Shown: positions 1-13,990 of the stretch, one piece after another
Layout of the letters: each line of letters opens with the position of its first letter
How positions within the stretch are numbered: the first letter of the stretch is position 1
IMG/VR virus record: IMGVR_UViG_2671180460_000015
Length of the DNA: 39,014 nucleotides
Origin: a virus
Lineage: Duplodnaviria; Heunggongvirae; Uroviricota; Caudoviricetes
Strand: one strand, 5' to 3'
Program-made: the position numbers and the translations under genes
The notes under the pieces: generated by a model
Told to the model about the DNA's origin: nothing
The model's database searches: none
Seen by the model: the letters and a program-made list of their open reading frames with translations, nothing else

Positions 1-90
1 TTATCTTCTGGTATTTAGCTATCCCTCATAAGTTAATTGCCGCTGAGATATCCTAAGCTCTAGCCTCTGAAAATACATTTATATTTCGAA

Positions 91-122
91 GCCCGCGATA
101 TTTTAAGCGGGCTTTTATTTTA
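91..122. terminator. GC hairpin (GCCCGC-N10-GCGGGC) followed by a T-run on the + strand, just outside the tfa stop
   Basis: Inverted repeat gcccgc/gcgggc at 91-112 with ttttatttt on the + strand; the minus-strand T-tract is weak, so direction is ambiguous. Confidence 0.35.
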
Positions 123-701
123 AACTTCTGGTATTACAGGCCACTCAATATCAGGTGCAGTTGATGTATCAACACGGTTCAGCAACACCCGATACTTCTT
201 CCAGGCTTCCAGCAACGAGTTTTCTTCCTCCGTTGCGATCTCCAGATCTACAGCATCCTGAAGTGGCGCAATATGCTCACTGGCTACCTGCATCAGGCTG
301 TTTTTTGTTTCTTCCGCCTCCCGGATCCGGAACAGTTTTTCTGCTTCTGCATCTTTCACCCAGGCTGTGCCGTTCCACTTCTGAAACTCCCCTTCCGGCG
401 ATAACCAGGTAACATTTTCCGGTAACGGACCGAGTTCAGAAATAAATAACGCGTCCTCTGACGCTACGTCATAAACCGTTTTACCCCGATGATCTTCAAC
501 GAGATGCCACGATGCCTCATCACTGTTGAAAACAGCCACGAAGCCTGCCGGAATATCTGGCGGTGCAATATCGGTACTGTTTGCTGGCAGACCTGTATGA
601 GGCGGAATATATGCATCACCTTCACCAATAAATTCATTAGTTCCGGCCAGCAGATTATAAATTTTTATGGTCCGTGGTTGTTCACTCATTCTGAATGCCA
701 T
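120..701 (-). CDS. tfa: tail fiber assembly protein Tfa
   Basis: 193-aa ORF; translation [24 protein letters not shown]... is near-identical to lambda Tfa as I recall it. Confidence 0.95.
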   Translation of the reverse strand: MAFRMSEQPRTIKIYNLLAGTNEFIGEGDAYIPPHTGLPANSTDIAPPDIPAGFVAVFNSDEASWHLVEDHRGKTVYDVASEDALFISELGPLPENVTWLSPEGEFQKWNGTAWVKDAEAEKLFRIREAEETKNSLMQVASEHIAPLQDAVDLEIATEEENSLLEAWKKYRVLLNRVDTSTAPDIEWPVIPEV

Positions 702-3700
702 TATGCAAGCCTCACAATATAGTTAAATGCGATGTTTTTGACGGTGTTTTCCGCGTTACCAGCAGCGTTAACGGTGATGGTGTGTCCATGTGAACCAATC
801 GCAACGGAGTGCGTGTGTGCACCAATACCTACAGTATGTGCGTGTGCACCTGCGCTTGCAGCAGTACCCGATACAGAGTGCGTATGAGCGCCTGCAGAAG
901 AAGTGTTAACACTGTATTTAGAATAATCAGGTGATCCACTTCCCGGAGCACCACTGGAACCACCTGAAACAAATGTCATCGAATGGGTATGTGCACCGGC
1001 TGAAGCAGCCGTACCGCTAACACTATGGGTATGCGCACCAGTGTTATTCGTGGATTTAGTGCCGTAATCAAACGACGATGTGGTTTTCGTCCCCAAATCA
1101 GTACTGGATGCGCTGGCGCTGTGGGTATGCGATTTTATGCCGTCCTGTTCCTGAGACAATACGGCACGACCACTGGCGGGCTTGCCCTTAATCGTCCAGC
1201 CACGCATATCAGGGATCACGCCTGACGGATAAGCGGCTGCAAGTTTCGGGTAGGCAGATTTGTCAAAAGTCTGCCCCTGCATCAGGGCATAACCAGACGG
1301 AACGGTATCTGATGGCCACGGGATTGGTGCGCCGACTGGGTAGCTTTCTGGTGGAAGCTTTTTCGAGGTATAAACTTCTGCCCAGTCTTCCTCAAAACCA
1401 TAACCGTCTCTTGAAGAACGGTAGAACAGACCACCATTTCTGTAATGCGCCTTCATCTGCAAGGTCCGGCAACTTCCGACTCCGGTATAGAAGTTAACCA
1501 GAATATAGCTGTCGCCAGAGCGGGTGACATTGTAAGCGCCTGATTCGGCATTCCAGGGAACGCCACCATCCGCATCGGCATATGTATCCGTTGCCCTTCT
1601 GGCAAAAGCAGCCACATGCGCGGCGGTTAAAGTAATATCTTTGGAACCATCAAACTCAACACCAGAAACCCGTCTTGGCGTTTGCAGCTTTGTTGCTGTT
1701 AATGCATTACCGTTCAAACTTGCGGACAGTTTGGTTCCAATAACCAGTTCGCCGGTTGCGTTATCAATAGCAAACGGTCTTAATGTATTCCAGCCACCAT
1801 AAACATCACCTTGATTGGTAAGCAGCAGGTAAGTTTTAGCGCCATCATTACGCCATAATGCCCCATACTCCCCACCTATCATTCGAATCTGATTACCACC
1901 ACGCGCTACAATTTCGTCTGTGGCAAAAAGTTTTTTGCACGACAAGTTATCGTTAACGATTAACGAATGAGACTCATAAAAACCACGCCCACTCTTAAAA
2001 TCAAGGATAACGTCCGCCGCGATACATTCAGTCGCCGGATTTGTTGCCCCAAACTTATAGGTCGTATCATTAACAACGAGATCAGCACCAGGTGCGGATA
2101 TTGACAGGCCATCTTCGATAAACGCAAAAACAGGGAAAGCAGCGCCATCAACATAGAACACAGAGCGCAAATCATCGCCCTTATTACTCATCATTATTGA
2201 GTGGATGGCTCGTTCATTGTTTTGATATTGCCAGAACATTCCATAAGCATAACGCCCCCTGTCAGTCCAGCCACCAGGCATAACAAATCCGTTAAACTCG
2301 CAGTTATTCATCGGATCGCCTGCGGTTCGCGTTGCCGTGGTGATAATGACCCTTGATGCCAGTTCGCTTACTGAGCCAGCAGAACGCATAACAACAACAG
2401 GGTAATATTTTCCAGATGTTGCACCTGCAGGAGCGTTAACCCGCACATAACGCATACCACGCTTATCAGCAAAGTCTGTTTTACTGACCGCGTTAATGTT
2501 GTTCAGGAAGCGTCCCTTATCGGGTATATCAGCGCCGTTCTGGTCTTTCTGCAGACGTTTCTCTGCATTGTCATAGGCTGCTTTTACTGCCTTTGGCGTT
2601 GCCGCCAGCGTTTCAGACGTGCTGTTGGTCGCGCTGCTGAGCTGTACTATCCCCTTTTTCGTCGTACTTGCATCCTCAAGCGCCACGGCGGATGCAATAT
2701 CCTCTGCCCGTTTAGCTGCTGTCTCGGCGCGCGTTGCCGCGGATTCCGCCGTACTTTTGCTCTGAGCTGCCGCCGTCGCACTGCCAGCTGCCTCTGTCGC
2801 CTTCGTGGATGCCGTCGTGGCGCTGCTCTTCGCTGCTGACGCCTGTCTGGTCGCCTCATCTTTTGAAGCAGACGCAGATGATGCCGATGACGCCGCCGAA
2901 CTGGCGGACGATGCGGCAGCCGTTTTTGAGGATTCTGCGCTGGTTTCCGACGCTTTCGCGTTCGTTTCGGATGTCTTCGCTGCGGAAGCAGACCTCGCTG
3001 CTGCGCTGGCCTGTTCAGTGGCTTCGCCAGCCTTCGTTGTGGCTGTTGAAGCAGACGATGCGGCACTTTCTGCCGATTTTCCGGCGGCGGTGGCACTGGC
3101 TGAGGCCTGCCCGGCACTTGTTGACGCGGCACTGGCAGACGACGCAGCCGCTGTTTTTGAGCCTGCCGCAGCCGAGGCGCTCTGTCCCGCTGCCGTTTCA
3201 GAAGACCCGGCGTTTGTCTCAGACGTCTTTGCCGCCTTCGCGGAATTGCCTGCCGCCGTTGCCGAGGAAGCGGCACTACTGGCGCTTGATGATGCGTTCG
3301 TTTCTGATGATTTCGCTGCCTCTTTTGAGGCCGCCGCATCCCGGGCTGAGGTGGCTGCTTCTGACGCCTTCGTGGTCGCGGCGGATGCAGAAGTGGCTGC
3401 TGATTGTTGTGACGCTGCCGCATTCGTTTCTGACGTTTTCGCCGCACCGGCACTGGTAGCTGCCGCGCTTTTTGAGGACTCTGCAGCAGCAGCACTTTTC
3501 GATGCTTCACTGGCCTTTGTTGATGCCGTTCCTGCGCTGGAAGATGCTGACTGAGCCGACGACGCGGCCTGCCCGGCTGATGTGCTGGCTGCACGTGCTG
3601 AGCCTGCAGCATCAGTCGCATGGGTTGCCGCCTCACGGGCTGATGTGCTGGCATCGCTGGCTGACTTCTTCGCGGCTGCCGTGTTCTGTGCCACCGCGGA

Positions 3701-4051
3701 CGCGTTACGCGCCACCTCTTCCACCATCAGTTCAAAACGGCGCAGTGCCTCAGGACGGGCATCATCCTCCGTCATGGCACCGAGAAAATCATTCAGCGTA
3801 CCGGGTCGGGAATCTTCATACACGGTGATGGTCCCGGCATGTGACGGAGGGAATCCCTCCACCAACAGAATAACGCTGTACTGCCCGTACTCAACGTCCA
3901 TGCTGTAACGCCCGGCTTCATCCGGATTTTCTGAGGCCAGCGTGTTCACCACCACCGTGGTGCTGTTACGTTTTGCTTTCAGCTGGATTGTGCAGTTCTG
4001 TACCGGTTTTCCTGTGCCGTCTTTCAGTACACCTGAAATCTTTACTGCCAT
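701..4051 (-). CDS. stf: side tail fiber protein Stf, intact and long (about 1116 aa)
   Basis: N-terminus [26 protein letters not shown]... and C-terminus ...[31 protein letters not shown] match lambda Stf. Ala/Ser/Thr-rich central low-complexity region and His-rich HTHS repeats. Start trimmed from ORF-track 4057 to the lambda-equivalent Met. Confidence 0.9.
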   Translation of the reverse strand: MAVKISGVLKDGTGKPVQNCTIQLKAKRNSTTVVVNTLASENPDEAGRYSMDVEYGQYSVILLVEGFPPSHAGTITVYEDSRPGTLNDFLGAMTEDDARPEALRRFELMVEEVARNASAVAQNTAAAKKSASDASTSAREAATHATDAAGSARAASTSAGQAASSAQSASSSAGTASTKASEASKSAAAAESSKSAAATSAGAAKTSETNAAASQQSAATSASAATTKASEAATSARDAAASKEAAKSSETNASSSASSAASSATAAGNSAKAAKTSETNAGSSETAAGQSASAAAGSKTAAASSASAASTSAGQASASATAAGKSAESAASSASTATTKAGEATEQASAAARSASAAKTSETNAKASETSAESSKTAAASSASSAASSASSASASKDEATRQASAAKSSATTASTKATEAAGSATAAAQSKSTAESAATRAETAAKRAEDIASAVALEDASTTKKGIVQLSSATNSTSETLAATPKAVKAAYDNAEKRLQKDQNGADIPDKGRFLNNINAVSKTDFADKRGMRYVRVNAPAGATSGKYYPVVVMRSAGSVSELASRVIITTATRTAGDPMNNCEFNGFVMPGGWTDRGRYAYGMFWQYQNNERAIHSIMMSNKGDDLRSVFYVDGAAFPVFAFIEDGLSISAPGADLVVNDTTYKFGATNPATECIAADVILDFKSGRGFYESHSLIVNDNLSCKKLFATDEIVARGGNQIRMIGGEYGALWRNDGAKTYLLLTNQGDVYGGWNTLRPFAIDNATGELVIGTKLSASLNGNALTATKLQTPRRVSGVEFDGSKDITLTAAHVAAFARRATDTYADADGGVPWNAESGAYNVTRSGDSYILVNFYTGVGSCRTLQMKAHYRNGGLFYRSSRDGYGFEEDWAEVYTSKKLPPESYPVGAPIPWPSDTVPSGYALMQGQTFDKSAYPKLAAAYPSGVIPDMRGWTIKGKPASGRAVLSQEQDGIKSHTHSASASSTDLGTKTTSSFDYGTKSTNNTGAHTHSVSGTAASAGAHTHSMTFVSGGSSGAPGSGSPDYSKYSVNTSSAGAHTHSVSGTAASAGAHAHTVGIGAHTHSVAIGSHGHTITVNAAGNAENTVKNIAFNYIVRLA

Positions 4052-4062
4052 ATTCACCCCAC

Positions 4063-4088
4063 AAAAAAGCCCGCCTGAACCGGCGGGC
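4063..4088 (-). terminator. rho-independent terminator downstream of lom
   Basis: Minus-strand reading gcccgccggttcaggcgggc followed by tttttt. Confidence 0.55.
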
Positions 4089-4115
4089 TGTCATAACACT
4101 GTGTTACCTGGCTAA

Positions 4116-4715
4116 TCAGAATTTATAACCGACACCCACGATGAAACCGTCAGTGCGCCAGTCACCACTGCCGGAGCCTTCATAAGCAATATCAATGACC
4201 ACGGATTCGGTCGGGTTAAACTGCACGCCAGCCCCCCACGCCAGAGACGTGTTGCTGTGGCGACCGTCATCACTTCCGGTCAGCACATCGTGCTTTTTCC
4301 CCTTGTTGTCAGTTACGCGAAGATAATCCCCGGAGAAAGTCGACACACGGCTGTAAGCTACACCCGCCATCGCATACGCGCTGAACCATTCATTCACGCG
4401 CACAGACGGCCCCGCCATTACGCTGAACCAGCGGTTACGAACGGAATCTTCATGCCAGCGGGTATCGCTGTAACGGGTCAGCTGGCGATTCTTGTCTCCT
4501 GCATAGCTGAATGACGTCACCAGCCCCAGTGTGTCCGTAAACTCATAACGGTATTTCACGTTAATCCCGTTCAGATCATCACTGCCGGGGACGTTCGTCG
4601 AGGCATGAAGATACCCCGCGCTCAGCGTGGACTGATGTTCAGACGCCCATGCAGGCGCACCGGATACGGCCAGACAAATGGCTGCGGAAAAAATGGCGGC
4701 ATAAAGTTTACGCAT
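4116..4715 (-). CDS. lom: outer-membrane protein Lom (Ail/Lom family)
   Basis: 199-aa ORF with signal peptide and C-terminus ...DIAYEGSGSGDWRTDGFIVGVGYKF identical in pattern to lambda Lom; sits between J and stf as in lambda. Confidence 0.9.
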   Translation of the reverse strand: MRKLYAAIFSAAICLAVSGAPAWASEHQSTLSAGYLHASTNVPGSDDLNGINVKYRYEFTDTLGLVTSFSYAGDKNRQLTRYSDTRWHEDSVRNRWFSVMAGPSVRVNEWFSAYAMAGVAYSRVSTFSGDYLRVTDNKGKKHDVLTGSDDGRHSNTSLAWGAGVQFNPTESVVIDIAYEGSGSGDWRTDGFIVGVGYKF

Positions 4716-4736
4716 AATTACCTCTCGCTTTTCTGC

Positions 4737-4762
4737 AATAAAAAAGGCGCCATTTCTGGCGC
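4737..4762 (-). terminator. rho-independent terminator downstream of J
   Basis: Minus-strand hairpin ggcgcc-agaaat-ggcgcc followed by ttttttatt. Confidence 0.55.
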
Positions 4763-4781
4763 CCGTTCTGGGTTATAAAAT

Positions 4782-8183
<3,402 letters not shown>

Positions 8184-8240
8184 TCACGCTCCAGAAACGA
8201 CAAAACCGCCCTGAGGCGGTTTCACATAAAACGTTTTTCA

Positions 8241-8912
8241 TCAACGACCAATCACCACAACCTGACCACCGTCCCCCTCGTCTGCCGTGCTGATCTCCTG
8301 AGAAGCCACCCGCGACCCCACGCGCATTTCACCGTACAGAACAGGCAGAACATTGCCCTGGGCAACCATGTTATCCAGTGAGGAGAAATAGGTGTTCTGC
8401 TTACCGTTATCCGTTGTCTGTGTACGGGGAGTTCTGACTTTCGGTGCCAGCATCTGCGCCACACCACCAAGTACCATACTGGCACCGAGAGAAAACAGGA
8501 TACCGGTCATACCACCGGCCCCAATGGCTGCCCCCCATGCTGCAAGGGTGGCTCCGGCAGTAAAGAATGATCCGGCAATGGCGGCAGCCCCCAGAACAAT
8601 CTGGAATACGCCCCCTGACTTGGCCCCGGCGACTCTGGGAACAATATGAATCACAGCGCCGTCAGGCAGAACCTCATGTAACTGCGCCGTCAATCCGGAC
8701 GTGCTGACGTCCCGCCCGGAAATCCGTACCTGATACCAGCCGTCGCTCAGTTTCTGACGAAACGCCGGGAGCTGTGTGGCCAGCGCCCGGATGGCTTCAG
8801 CCCCCGTTTTCACACGAAGGTCGATGCGGCGGCCAAATCGTTGTAAATCCCCGTAAAGGCAGATGCGCGCCATGCCCGGTGACGCCAGAGGGAGTGTGTG
8901 CGTCGCTGCCAT
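8241..8912 (-). CDS. I: tail assembly protein I
   Basis: 223 aa, MAATHTLPLASPGMARICLYGDLQRFGRR...; lambda I length and sequence; overlaps K by 103 nt as in lambda. Confidence 0.9.
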   Translation of the reverse strand: MAATHTLPLASPGMARICLYGDLQRFGRRIDLRVKTGAEAIRALATQLPAFRQKLSDGWYQVRISGRDVSTSGLTAQLHEVLPDGAVIHIVPRVAGAKSGGVFQIVLGAAAIAGSFFTAGATLAAWGAAIGAGGMTGILFSLGASMVLGGVAQMLAPKVRTPRTQTTDNGKQNTYFSSLDNMVAQGNVLPVLYGEMRVGSRVASQEISTADEGDGGQVVVIGR

Positions 8913-9553
8913 TTGTCGGTATACCTCTCTCGTTTGCTCAGTTGTTCAGGAATATGGTGCAGCAGCTCGCCGTCACCACAGTAAATGGCGGCATGATTCG
9001 GCACCGATGAACCAAAACAGCACAGCAGCACATCGCCCGGTTGTGCTGATGACAACGGCACCTGATACAGCCCTGTGGCCTCCAGATTATCCAGATAGAG
9101 ATTCTGACCGTGACGCCACCAGTCATCCCCGCGATGAAAATCCGGCATCTCAATCCCCGCCAGATGATAAGCATCCCGGAACAGCGTGTAACAGTCCGTC
9201 ACCCCGTGCTCAAAGCGCCGCCCGGTGAGATGCGGCACACAGCGGAACTTGTGAATCGCCCCCCGGCAGACCAGCAACCACGGCAAATCACTCTGCACCT
9301 GCAGCCGCCGGTCAGACTCACTCAGCCAGGGCAGACCACCGGGGTGGCTGTGGACCAGCGCCACAATCTCACCCTGCATCTCTGCCTGCAGCCAGTCCTC
9401 CGGAGCCATCCGGAAATAATCCTCCGGCTCACCGGAGATATTCACGCAGGGAAAATATCTTTCCCCCTCCGGCGTGCTTACCACGAAGCCGCACGACTCC
9501 GCTGGCGCACATCGCCGGGCGTGCGCCAGAATCGCTGATTCTGTCTTTGTCAT
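8810..9553 (-). CDS. K: tail assembly protein K (JAMM/MPN plus NlpC/P60-like); long form
   Basis: ORF MTKTESAILAHARRC... contains the JAMM motif VHSHPGG...SESD. The lambda annotation I recall is 199 aa, which would start at the internal Met (about 9409); the longer ORF is open and starts right after L. Confidence 0.85.
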   Translation of the reverse strand: MTKTESAILAHARRCAPAESCGFVVSTPEGERYFPCVNISGEPEDYFRMAPEDWLQAEMQGEIVALVHSHPGGLPWLSESDRRLQVQSDLPWLLVCRGAIHKFRCVPHLTGRRFEHGVTDCYTLFRDAYHLAGIEMPDFHRGDDWWRHGQNLYLDNLEATGLYQVPLSSAQPGDVLLCCFGSSVPNHAAIYCGDGELLHHIPEQLSKRERYTDKWQRRTHSLWRHRAWRASAFTGIYNDLAAASTFV

Positions 9554-9558
9554 GGGAT

Positions 9559-10257
9559 TTACTGCGAAAGTTTGTTAATGGAAAGGAAGCCGCCAAAGTT
9601 GCCGACGTTATTGCGAAACTTACAGCCACTCAGGCATTTGCTGCATTTATCCTTCGTGATATCGGACGTCGGCTGGTCATATTCATCCGCGACTGCCGGA
9701 CCGTGATAACCGCACTCATCACCGCGATAGGTCCAGGTGCAGGTGTTGGCCAGCATGATACGTCCCGGAAAAACAGCGCCGTCCGTTTCCGTCGGCGTGG
9801 ACAGTACAAAAGAGGCACTCACCGCGCTCAGTTCGCTGCACTGCTCGATGCGCCAGCGGCTGATCACCTCCTGCTCCGGATCGGCGTCACTGTTTCCGTT
9901 GACGAAGTTCACCGCATCCAGAAAACGGGCGTAAACCTTACGCCGGACCACCGTTCCGCCGACCAGACTCTGCAGATCTTCCGCCATCCCGGTGACCATA
10001 CCGTACAGGTTAGAAACCGTCAGCGTGGGGCGCGTACTGGTGCCTTTGCCATTCAGTTCAAAACCACTCCCCTGAATGGGATACGGCTGATACTGTCGCC
10101 CCTGCCAGGTGACCGGCTCACCTTTTTCGTTCTGCTCATTACAGAAAAAATAACGTTCTCCACCGACCTCTGTCAGATCGATTTCCCAGAGCACCACGCT
10201 GGCCGACTGCTCCGCACGGGTGCATTCATTCAGTGTTTCCTGCCGGATATCCTGCAT
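9559..10257 (-). CDS. L: tail tip protein L
   Basis: 232 aa; lambda L length and position. Confidence 0.9.
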   Translation of the reverse strand: MQDIRQETLNECTRAEQSASVVLWEIDLTEVGGERYFFCNEQNEKGEPVTWQGRQYQPYPIQGSGFELNGKGTSTRPTLTVSNLYGMVTGMAEDLQSLVGGTVVRRKVYARFLDAVNFVNGNSDADPEQEVISRWRIEQCSELSAVSASFVLSTPTETDGAVFPGRIMLANTCTWTYRGDECGYHGPAVADEYDQPTSDITKDKCSKCLSGCKFRNNVGNFGGFLSINKLSQ

Positions 10258-10586
10258 CAGTTCACCACCTGTTCAAACTCTGCGCTGAACTCAACACGCA
10301 GCATACTGACCCGCGACGACCATTTTGCGCAGGTCACCTTTATCTGCCGCCACTCATAAGGCGGCGTCCACAGAAAGGATTTCCAGCCACCGTGCTCAGC
10401 CAGAAACGACTCCAGCGCCGTGGCCTCCCAACGGGGAACAGAAAGCGTCACGCTGTACGTTTTCAGGTTGGCATTCAGCCCGGCAGGCGCTCGCTGGGAA
10501 TAGCCATCACCAAAGCGCACCTTTCTTACAGAAGGGGCCGAAGCCACATCCATACCGGGTTTCACTTTCCAGCGGAAGGTTTTCAT
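10257..10586 (-). CDS. M: tail tip assembly protein M
   Basis: 109 aa; lambda M length and position. Confidence 0.9.
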   Translation of the reverse strand: MKTFRWKVKPGMDVASAPSVRKVRFGDGYSQRAPAGLNANLKTYSVTLSVPRWEATALESFLAEHGGWKSFLWTPPYEWRQIKVTCAKWSSRVSMLRVEFSAEFEQVVN

Positions 10587-13144
10587 CGTCCACCTCCGGA
10601 GAACAGGCCACCATCACGCATCTGTGTCTGAATTTCATCACGGGCACCCTTGCGGGCCATGTCATACACCGCCTTCAGCATCTGTGGACCTGGCAGACCA
10701 TTCGTACCGTCGTTCTGAATCACCACGTTGTTGTTCTGCTCAAATCTGATACCCTCTGAACGCCGCATCTGCGCCGGACTTCCGGTGCCACCGACATAAC
10801 CGCCGGTGGCATAGCCGCGCATCAGCCGGTAGAGATTCCCCACGCCAATCCGGCTGGTTGCCTCCTTAGTGAAGACAAATTCACCACGGTGAACAATCCC
10901 CGCTGGCTCATATTTGCCGCCGGTTCCCGTAAACCCTCCGGTTGCAAAATGGAATTTCGCCGCAGCGGCCTGAATGGCTGTACCGCCTGACGCGGATGCG
11001 CCGCCACCAACAGCCCCGCCAATGGCGCTGCCGATACTCCCGACAATCCCCACCATTGCCTGCTTAAGCAGAATTTCTGTCATCATGGACAGCACGGAAC
11101 GGGTGAAGCTGCGCCAGTTCTGCTCACTGCCGGTCAGCATCGCCGCCATATTCTGTGCAATACCATCAAAGGTCTGCGTGGCTGCACTTTTTACCTGCAA
11201 CATACTGTCCGTGGCGCTCTCTTCCCACTCACTCCAGCCGGACTTCAGGCCTGCCATCCAGTTCCCGCGAAGCTGGTCTTCAGCCGCCCAGGTCTTTTTC
11301 TGCTCTGACATGACGTTATTCAGCGCCAGCGGATTATCGCCATACTGTTCCTTCAGGCGCTGTTCTGCGGCTTCCCGTTCTGCCTGCCGGTCAGTCAGCC
11401 CCCGGCTTTTCGCATCAATGGCGGCCCGTTTTGCCCGTTGCTGCTGTGCGAATTTATCCGCCTGCTGCGCCAGCGCATTCAGGCGCTCCTGATACGTGAC
11501 CTTATCGCCAAGTGCAGCCAGCTGGCGTTTGTACTCCAGCGTCTCATCTTTATGCGCCAGCAGGGATTTCTCCTGTGCGGACAGCTGGCGACGTTGTGCC
11601 GCCTCCTCCAGTACCGCGAACTGACTCTCCGCCTTCCACAAATCCCGGCGCTGCTGGCTGATTTTCTCATTTGCTCCGGCATGCTTCTCCAGCGTCCGGA
11701 GTTCAGCCTGAAGCGTCAGCAGGGCAGCATGAGCACTGTCTTCCTGACGATCGCCCGCAGACACCTTCACGCCGGACTGTTTCGGCTTTTTCAGCGTCGC
11801 TTCATAATCCTTTTTCGCCGCCGCCATCAGCGTGTTGTAATCTGCCTGCAGGATTTTCCCGTCTTTCAGTGCCTTGTTCAGTTCTTCCTGACGGGCGGTA
11901 TATTTCTCCAGCGGCGTCTGCAGCCGTTCGTAAGCCTTCTGCGCCTCTTCGGTATATTTCAGCCGTGACGCTTCGGTATCGCTCTGCTGCTGCGCATTTT
12001 TGTCCTGTTGAGTCTGCTGCTCAGCCTTCTTTCGGGCGGCTTCAAGCGCAAGACGGGCCTTTTCACGATCATCCCAGTAACGCGCCCGCGCTTCATCGTT
12101 AACAAAATAATCATCCTTGCGCAGATTCCAGATGTCGTCTGCTTTCTTAAACGCAGCCTCTGCCTTAATCAGCATCTCCTGCGCGGTATCAGGACGACCA
12201 ATATCCAGCACCGCATCCCACATGGATTTGAATGCCCGCGCTGTCCTGTCTGCCCAGGTCTCCAGCGTGCCCATGTTCTCTTTCAGGCGGCGGGTCTGGT
12301 CATCAAACCCTTTCGTTGCGGCCTCGTTCGCCGCCTGCAATGCCCCGGCTTCATCGCCGGAACGCTGCAACTGAGCAACATACGCAATCTGCTCCGCCGT
12401 CACGTTATGGAACTGGCGTGCCATCGCCGTCAGCCCCGACGTCGGGTCTGTGGTCAGCTTCCCGAAGGCTTCAGCGACCTTGTCCACCTCCACGCCGGAT
12501 GCAGAGGAGAAACGCGCCACACTCTGGCTGATGGACGCAATCTGAGCCTCACCGCTTACCCCCGCCTTAACCAGTGCGCTGAGTGACTCGCTGGTCTGGT
12601 TAAACGTCAGCCCTGCCGCCTGCCCGGCTCTGGACAGGACCAGCATACGATCTGCCGTCAGTCCCGCCTGATTGCCGGAAAGGACCAGCGTTTTGTTGAA
12701 ATCGGACAGGGTTGAGTTGCCCTGATACCAGGCATACGCCAGCGCACCGGTCGCCACCGCCAGCGAGGTGGCCCCCACCATCGGCAGGGTGATCGCACCG
12801 GCAAGCCCCCTGAACATGGGGATCATCCCGCCGAAGGAGTCCTTCACCTGCCCCCCCTGTTGCAGCAGGATCAGCCACGGACTTTGCCCGCCTGCAAGCT
12901 GCGTGGCCACGTCGGTGAACTGTGCAGGCAGCATACGCATGGCGGCTTTATACTGCCCGACGGAAATCCCCGCTTTCTGTGCAGCCAGCGCCTGTCGGCT
13001 CAGCGACTGTTCAACGACTGCCGCTGTTTTTTTCGCATCACTTTCCGTACCGGAAAAATGACGCCTGACTCTGGCCATCTGCTCGTCAAATCTGGCCGCA
13101 TCCAGACTCAAATCAACGACCAGATCGCCTACCGGTTCAGCCAT
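10583..13144 (-). CDS. H: tail tape measure protein H
   Basis: 853 aa, lambda H length; Ala/Gln-rich coiled-coil composition. Confidence 0.95.
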   Translation of the reverse strand: MAEPVGDLVVDLSLDAARFDEQMARVRRHFSGTESDAKKTAAVVEQSLSRQALAAQKAGISVGQYKAAMRMLPAQFTDVATQLAGGQSPWLILLQQGGQVKDSFGGMIPMFRGLAGAITLPMVGATSLAVATGALAYAWYQGNSTLSDFNKTLVLSGNQAGLTADRMLVLSRAGQAAGLTFNQTSESLSALVKAGVSGEAQIASISQSVARFSSASGVEVDKVAEAFGKLTTDPTSGLTAMARQFHNVTAEQIAYVAQLQRSGDEAGALQAANEAATKGFDDQTRRLKENMGTLETWADRTARAFKSMWDAVLDIGRPDTAQEMLIKAEAAFKKADDIWNLRKDDYFVNDEARARYWDDREKARLALEAARKKAEQQTQQDKNAQQQSDTEASRLKYTEEAQKAYERLQTPLEKYTARQEELNKALKDGKILQADYNTLMAAAKKDYEATLKKPKQSGVKVSAGDRQEDSAHAALLTLQAELRTLEKHAGANEKISQQRRDLWKAESQFAVLEEAAQRRQLSAQEKSLLAHKDETLEYKRQLAALGDKVTYQERLNALAQQADKFAQQQRAKRAAIDAKSRGLTDRQAEREAAEQRLKEQYGDNPLALNNVMSEQKKTWAAEDQLRGNWMAGLKSGWSEWEESATDSMLQVKSAATQTFDGIAQNMAAMLTGSEQNWRSFTRSVLSMMTEILLKQAMVGIVGSIGSAIGGAVGGGASASGGTAIQAAAAKFHFATGGFTGTGGKYEPAGIVHRGEFVFTKEATSRIGVGNLYRLMRGYATGGYVGGTGSPAQMRRSEGIRFEQNNNVVIQNDGTNGLPGPQMLKAVYDMARKGARDEIQTQMRDGGLFSGGGR

Positions 13145-13571
13145 ACCGGACTCCTCCTGCGATCCCTTCTGATACTGTCATCAGCATTACGTCATCCTCC
13201 GTCATGTCCGCCACATCCGGGGAAGCGGGGATAACTTCATTCCCGTCCGGGCCAAAGCGGACACCTCCGGCAAGCCCTGCCGCTTTCTGCATCAGCACAT
13301 CATCTTCAGGCTCTTCGTCAGCCTCGCGCCGGTTCAGCAGACTGAAATCCAGCGGATGCATATCCGGATCGCTGAAAAACAGGCTGAGCACGGTGTACGT
13401 CAGCCCGGAAAAGTGCATATCCAGCAGAACATCATGAAAATAATGGGTACTGTAAAAGCGGTGCCAGTCGGCATACTCCGTGGATGACATCCCGGCAAGC
13501 ATGGCACGCCAGTCGGATCGCCCCATCTCACGCGCCAGTTTCAGGGCAAAACTCAGCTCACCGTCGAACAC
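13137..13571 (-). CDS. T: tail assembly chaperone T segment, made as a G-T fusion by -1 frameshift
   Basis: 144-aa ORF overlapping the 3' end of G in the -1 frame; lambda G/T arrangement. Confidence 0.85.
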   Translation of the reverse strand: MFDGELSFALKLAREMGRSDWRAMLAGMSSTEYADWHRFYSTHYFHDVLLDMHFSGLTYTVLSLFFSDPDMHPLDFSLLNRREADEEPEDDVLMQKAAGLAGGVRFGPDGNEVIPASPDVADMTEDDVMLMTVSEGIAGGVRYG

Positions 13572-13975
13572 TTTCCCGCAGAAACAGGCTCTGCGGGCCC
13601 GGCGTCCTCTGTCTGTTCAGGGGCATTATTCACCACAAACTCATACATACCAGACAGCCGGTACACCACGTTTTCAGCATGAGAAATTGCCTCCGTGGGC
13701 CAGGTGGTAAGCACTTCCTGCTCAATCTGTTTAACGGCTTCATTCATGGACGGCATCTGCGTCTTCTGCGGATGGTTATGCCACAGGGACATCGCCACCA
13801 GAAACGCGCCGGTTCTGATGGCGTCTTCCACAGTAAACTTCCGGTTGCTGTCTGACTCCGCCTGTTCTGCCTGCCGTTTCATCAGGGCGAGATGCTCAAT
13901 GCGCTGCAGGGCTGACAGTTCAGAAAGCGTGACGGTCACACCGTTATGTTCAAATGATTCGGTTTTCAGGAACAT
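13553..13975 (-). CDS. G: tail assembly chaperone G
   Basis: 140 aa; lambda G length and position. Confidence 0.9.
   Translation of the reverse strand: MFLKTESFEHNGVTVTLSELSALQRIEHLALMKRQAEQAESDSNRKFTVEDAIRTGAFLVAMSLWHNHPQKTQMPSMNEAVKQIEQEVLTTWPTEAISHAENVVYRLSGMYEFVVNNAPEQTEDAGPAEPVSAGKCSTVS
13571..13577 (-). other. G-T programmed -1 frameshift slippery heptamer GGGAAAG
   Basis: The minus strand reads GGGAAAG within the G/T overlap; this is the known lambda G-T slip site. Confidence 0.75.
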
Positions 13976-13990
13976 CGCTGACTCTCCGGA

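Noticed and set aside
2647-3654. 335-aa minus-strand ORF and 241/249-aa plus-strand ORFs overlapping the middle of stf.
   Set aside because: They lie in the Ala/Ser/Thr repeat region of stf, where the repetitive GC-rich sequence leaves every frame open; the translations are poly-Arg/Pro/Gln or poly-Ala artefacts.
10974-12586. Several 140-190-aa + strand ORFs inside the tape-measure gene H.
   Set aside because: Antisense to H; no start or RBS context; typical shadow ORFs of a GC-rich coiled-coil gene.
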